From the NCBI GenBank assembly GCA_964016885.1, contig OZ024740.1:409696001-409760000 (forward strand): a stretch of DNA of 64,000 bases, written 5' to 3'. Under the pieces are notes generated by a model that had not been told where the DNA came from, searched no databases, and saw nothing but the letters and a program-made list of their open reading frames with translations. Position 1 is the stretch's first letter. Each line of letters starts with the position of its first letter. Position numbers and translations under genes: made by a program. This document shows, in pieces, positions 60,740 through 64,000 of this stretch. The DNA comes from Eledone cirrhosa (lineage: Eukaryota).

Positions 60740-61045
60740 CGTGTGAGTGTTCATGTCTCAACTGTTGCTAAGAATAGTCTAATATTAAGACTCTTCCTCC
60801 AAAATGACTTCCTGTACTGCGGCCCGCAGAGGAAAGTAAGACTAACAAATACCGGCGATTGTCGCGCCGCTTCCTCTTCGCATCGGTCGCCGTCAAGACC
60901 TCAGGCGTACTTGGACCCCGTACTGCCGAGCTCCTCCACAAAATCGGAACGCCAGCAGCCCAGAAGAAGGTGCCCCGCGGGTGTCGCTGGTCATTGTTCG
61001 TGGGGCGCAGCCCCAATACTGACGCGCCGTAGGCTTAGAGCCTAT
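60740..61045 (+). mobile_element. 3' fragment of a CRE-like non-LTR retrotransposon (restriction-like endonuclease)
   Basis: VSTVAKNSL, then AEESKTNKYRRLSRRFLFASVAVKTSGVLGPRTAELLHKIG from 60826, then frameshifted VSLVIVRG. This matches the AE..K..KY...F.P.AVET.G..G...LS..I.RG pattern. Confidence 0.72.
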
Positions 61046-61580
61046 CGCCCTCCCTCTTCCGCTCCCATTCTCCTGTGACCCTAGAACTCTGACTCTTCCC
61101 TTCATTTTTTGTTTTTAAATATCTGTAGTGTTGTTGTTATTTGAAATAGATTTGTTGGCGACTTTTTAAATTTTTATTAACAAAACATATTTAGCTGATA
61201 GATAATTTTTTTTTTAATGTATTACATACTTGTCATTGCTTTCCTTTTGTACAACGAAGATATATATTAGTTTAACGCTTGATATAGTAAGAAAAGAGTC
61301 TTAACATCTCAGACGTTAGTCCTTCATCAGAAGGTAGAACGAGGGATAGAAAAAGAAATAAACAAGAGTAATAAGAAACAAAAAAACTTTTACAGGAGGA
61401 AAGCGTTTGCACGTTTAATCAGTCATTTGGGGGAAATGGCATATATATACATGTGTGGGGTGGGGGTGTTTACATGTATACATATCACAGCGGGCATAAC
61501 ACATCTTTATAGATGAGTGTTATTACCACTGTTATTATTATTTCTATTGCAGTTGTTATAAAATAACAACTGCAATAGTA

Positions 61581-61748
61581 ATTGTTTTTACTTTACAAGG
61601 CCAGTGTATTACTGGTACTTTATTTTATCGACCCCGTAAGGATGAAAAGCAAAGTTAACCTCGGCGGGATTTGAACTCAGACCGTAAAGAGCCGTAACTC
61701 TATGTTGCAAAGCATGGAGTCCGACCCTCCACTGATACTGCCAATCCG
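61581..61748 (-). mobile_element. SINE, same family as 47417
   Basis: Reverse complement contains ggattggcag, ctgagttcaaatcccgccgaggttaacttt and ggggtcgataaaataaagtaccagt. Confidence 0.92.
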
Positions 61749-61895
61749 TAAATTAATGAACAGGAGAGGTGACAGTGTGTACCCTTGGTAGAGTCCGACT
61801 CCCACATTGAATTGTTTCGATTTAGCACCATGTATTCGAATACAAATACTTAGGCATTCATATAGAGACATCAGTGCAGCAAGAAGCTGACCAAA
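61749..61895 (-). mobile_element. RTE-like LINE RT fragment
   Basis: LLAALMSLY..IRIHGAKSKQFNVGVGLYQGYTLSPLLF, matching the QG..LSP.LF motif. Confidence 0.8.
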
Positions 61896-62306
61896 AAGTT
61901 TTGAAAAGACTGGGGACAAACCTTTTCCTATTCGGAAAAAGCCTCATAAATTTCTTCAAGTAACACTTTAAGAGGAAAGTGAGGGTGGAGAGAGAGGTGC
62001 TTCCAGCTAGGGTATATGCTGAATGCTGGTTGTCAGTTGTGAGAGTAACCCGGTTAAATTAGTCAACTTTAAGCATGCATGTGTTTGCTGTAGAACACAG
62101 TGAGTAGAGGACACTAACCCTTTGCAATAAAGGTAATCCTCGATCTGCGTGTTTCTCTGATAGGTTCCAGGTGAGTAGGTGAGTGTTCCCTTAAAGGGGT
62201 GTCTTATATTATTACCTTTTATATTGCTGTTCTTTTTATTAAAGAGATGATTAATTTTTTTTTTTTTTTTTTTTGTATTACTAATACTGCCATTTTATTC
62301 CGACAG

Positions 62307-62396
62307 TCCGCTTTAAAAGATTTGGATGAAAACCACGATGGCAAAGTTACTAAAGAGGAGTTTGTTCATGTGATGAGCAAAAAAAATATTCAGTAA
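62307..62396 (+). CDS. EF-hand protein, coding exon 2: SALKDLDENHDGKVTKEEFVHVMSKKNIQ*
   Basis: Branch point TACTAAT at ~62279, pyrimidine tract and acceptor CAG at 62304-62306, phase 0. EF loop DENHDGKVTKEE. Confidence 0.85.
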   Translation, partial: SALKDLDENHDGKVTKEEFVHVMSKKNIQ

Positions 62397-62448
62397 GTCG
62401 AAAAACCTCATTTCTCTTCTTCGTATTTGTAATGGAGTTGTATAGTTG

Positions 62449-62505
<57 letters not shown>

Positions 62506-62984
62506 ATATATATATGTATGTATATATATATATATTTGATAGAGATTTGCTTCATTGATCCCTGAAAGAAAGTAAATGAAGGAAAACAAAGTTCAGTAAG
62601 TCATGTAGTTCTGTGTTCATCGGTTCTGTCTATCCAACGATTTCATTTAATTTTAAAAAAAGAAAAGAAATCGGCGCAACTTTACTCTACTACTCTTCCT
62701 TCTCCCCCTATCATCATTATCATCATCATCATCATCAACAACAAGTGTCATGTGTGAACAAGTTTTCTTTATATTCATTCGCTACTCTGGCTACATCAGG
62801 AGACATGTTTGAGTGGCTGGATATCTTCATTAGAAAATATGTAAAGAAACTAAATATTCCTGTAGCTAATAACTAGTATAAGCAGAGATTTCCACACAGA
62901 TTACCCCTTAGACCATTGTAGAAAATTAAAAATTACAATGTATTTTTGTATTGTGTTAAAAATCTAATTATCGTCATTTTGTAA

Positions 62985-64000
62985 ACCGATTCATGTGGTT
63001 TGGGAAACGAGGGAGACAAAACCGTTAGCTGGGCCCGAGTGACGGAGGCAAAAAGTGGCAACAAGTCCACGATTCGGTCTTTGAAGGACCAAAACGGACG
63101 CGTGATACGTGAGCCGAAGCAGATGTGTGCGGCCTTTCAGCGGCACTTGGCTCAGCTGTTCGGGCAGGGCGGCGCGCCGGGAGAGACTATGGATTTCGGT
63201 CCATACCTCGACGGCCTACCGCGACTCTCGGACAGCGAGGCAAAGTTCTGCGAAAAGCCGATTTCAGCCGCTGAGATAGGGGACGCGCTGAGCCAATGCG
63301 GCAAACGCAAATCTCCAGGTCTCGACAGTCTACCCTACGAATTTTACGTAGCAATGCCGGACTTATTCTCCGGTCTCCTGGAAGCCGTCTACTGGAACTG
63401 GCAACAGAACGGGAGAATTCCCAGTTCTGTGACCGGGGGCGTAGTCACACTAGTCAGGAAGGACGAGAATAAGGGGGATGACATAGGCAACTTCCGGCAC
63501 ATAACTCTGCTAAACACAGAGTTACAGATTTTGGCCAAGGTGTTGGCAAAGAGGCTGGCGCTTCTCGTCGAGAACCTGGTGGGAGAAGTGCAGACATGCG
63601 CAATCCCGACCAAGTCCATACGCGACAACCTCCACCTCATGCGATACATCATAGAGAGGGTAGGGTGTAAACCCGGCTTCGGTGGGGCCCTGATCAACTT
63701 TGATCAGTCTAAGGCTTTCGATAGGGTTGACCATCGTTACCTGGATGCGGTGCTCGAGGCGGCAGGCTTCGGACCCGTGTTCAGGGGCTGGATTGCTGCA
63801 ATGCATAACAGCAACATCTGCTCAAGGGTTAAGGTGAACGGCTACCTCTCGGAGCCATTCCATATCACGCGATCCATTCGACAGGGATGCCCTCTCTCCT
63901 CCCTTCTGTACGTATTGACTCTCGAGCCACTACTGCGGAAGTTGGAGCTATTGCAGGGCATCCCTCTGGAACCGGGACTGCGGAAAGCGGTGTCGGCCTA
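62985..64000 (+). mobile_element. L1/Tx1-clade LINE ORF2 reverse transcriptase region, 5'-truncated, open to the window end
   Basis: Frame +3 is open and GC-rich, with motifs KSPGLDSLPYEFY, NFRHITLLNTE, DQSKAFDRVDH and IRQGCPLSPLLY, ending at VSA(Y). Confidence 0.95.

Noticed and set aside
61296-61335. Minus-strand hammerhead CTGATGA-aggactaacgtct-GAGA
   Set aside because: The GAAA core is mutated. It is a decayed pseudo-LTR relic at best.
61544-61578. Short hairpin ctattgcagttgttat/ataacaactgcaatag as a terminator
   Set aside because: The context is eukaryotic. It is probably another small fold-back next to a SINE end.
63389-63806. Two minus-strand ORFs
   Set aside because: They are antisense shadows of the L1/Tx1 RT frame.

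Overview
Eukaryotic, very repeat-rich DNA. The SINE family present resembles one I recognise from octopod cephalopods; this is recall, not a database match. Bases 1-~42077 are a (TATAC)n pentamer satellite with nested higher-order periods (~1.5, ~4.5 and ~19 kb). Its distal part has a ~2.3-3.2 kb unit carrying short strand-flipped (TATAG)n islands, and one SINE fragment is inserted at 26048. All YYTIL-type ORFs there are artefacts. Bases ~42078-64000 contain a small two-EF-hand Ca2+-binding gene that the ORF track misses: exon 44285-44419 plus exon 62307-62396 give 74 aa across a ~17.9 kb intron. That interval holds a series of fold-back elements sitting in (TA)n tracts. They range from 80-250 bp palindromes to a 7.5 kb inverted Penelope-like retroelement, and several carry hammerhead ribozyme motifs in both arms, including a U3-A8 core variant. 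Also present are an orphan paralogous promoter, a tRNA-like repeat element, SINEs, fragments of CR1/L2, RTE and CRE LINEs, and an open L1/Tx1 RT frame running off the right edge. All calls were made by eye and boundaries are approximate.
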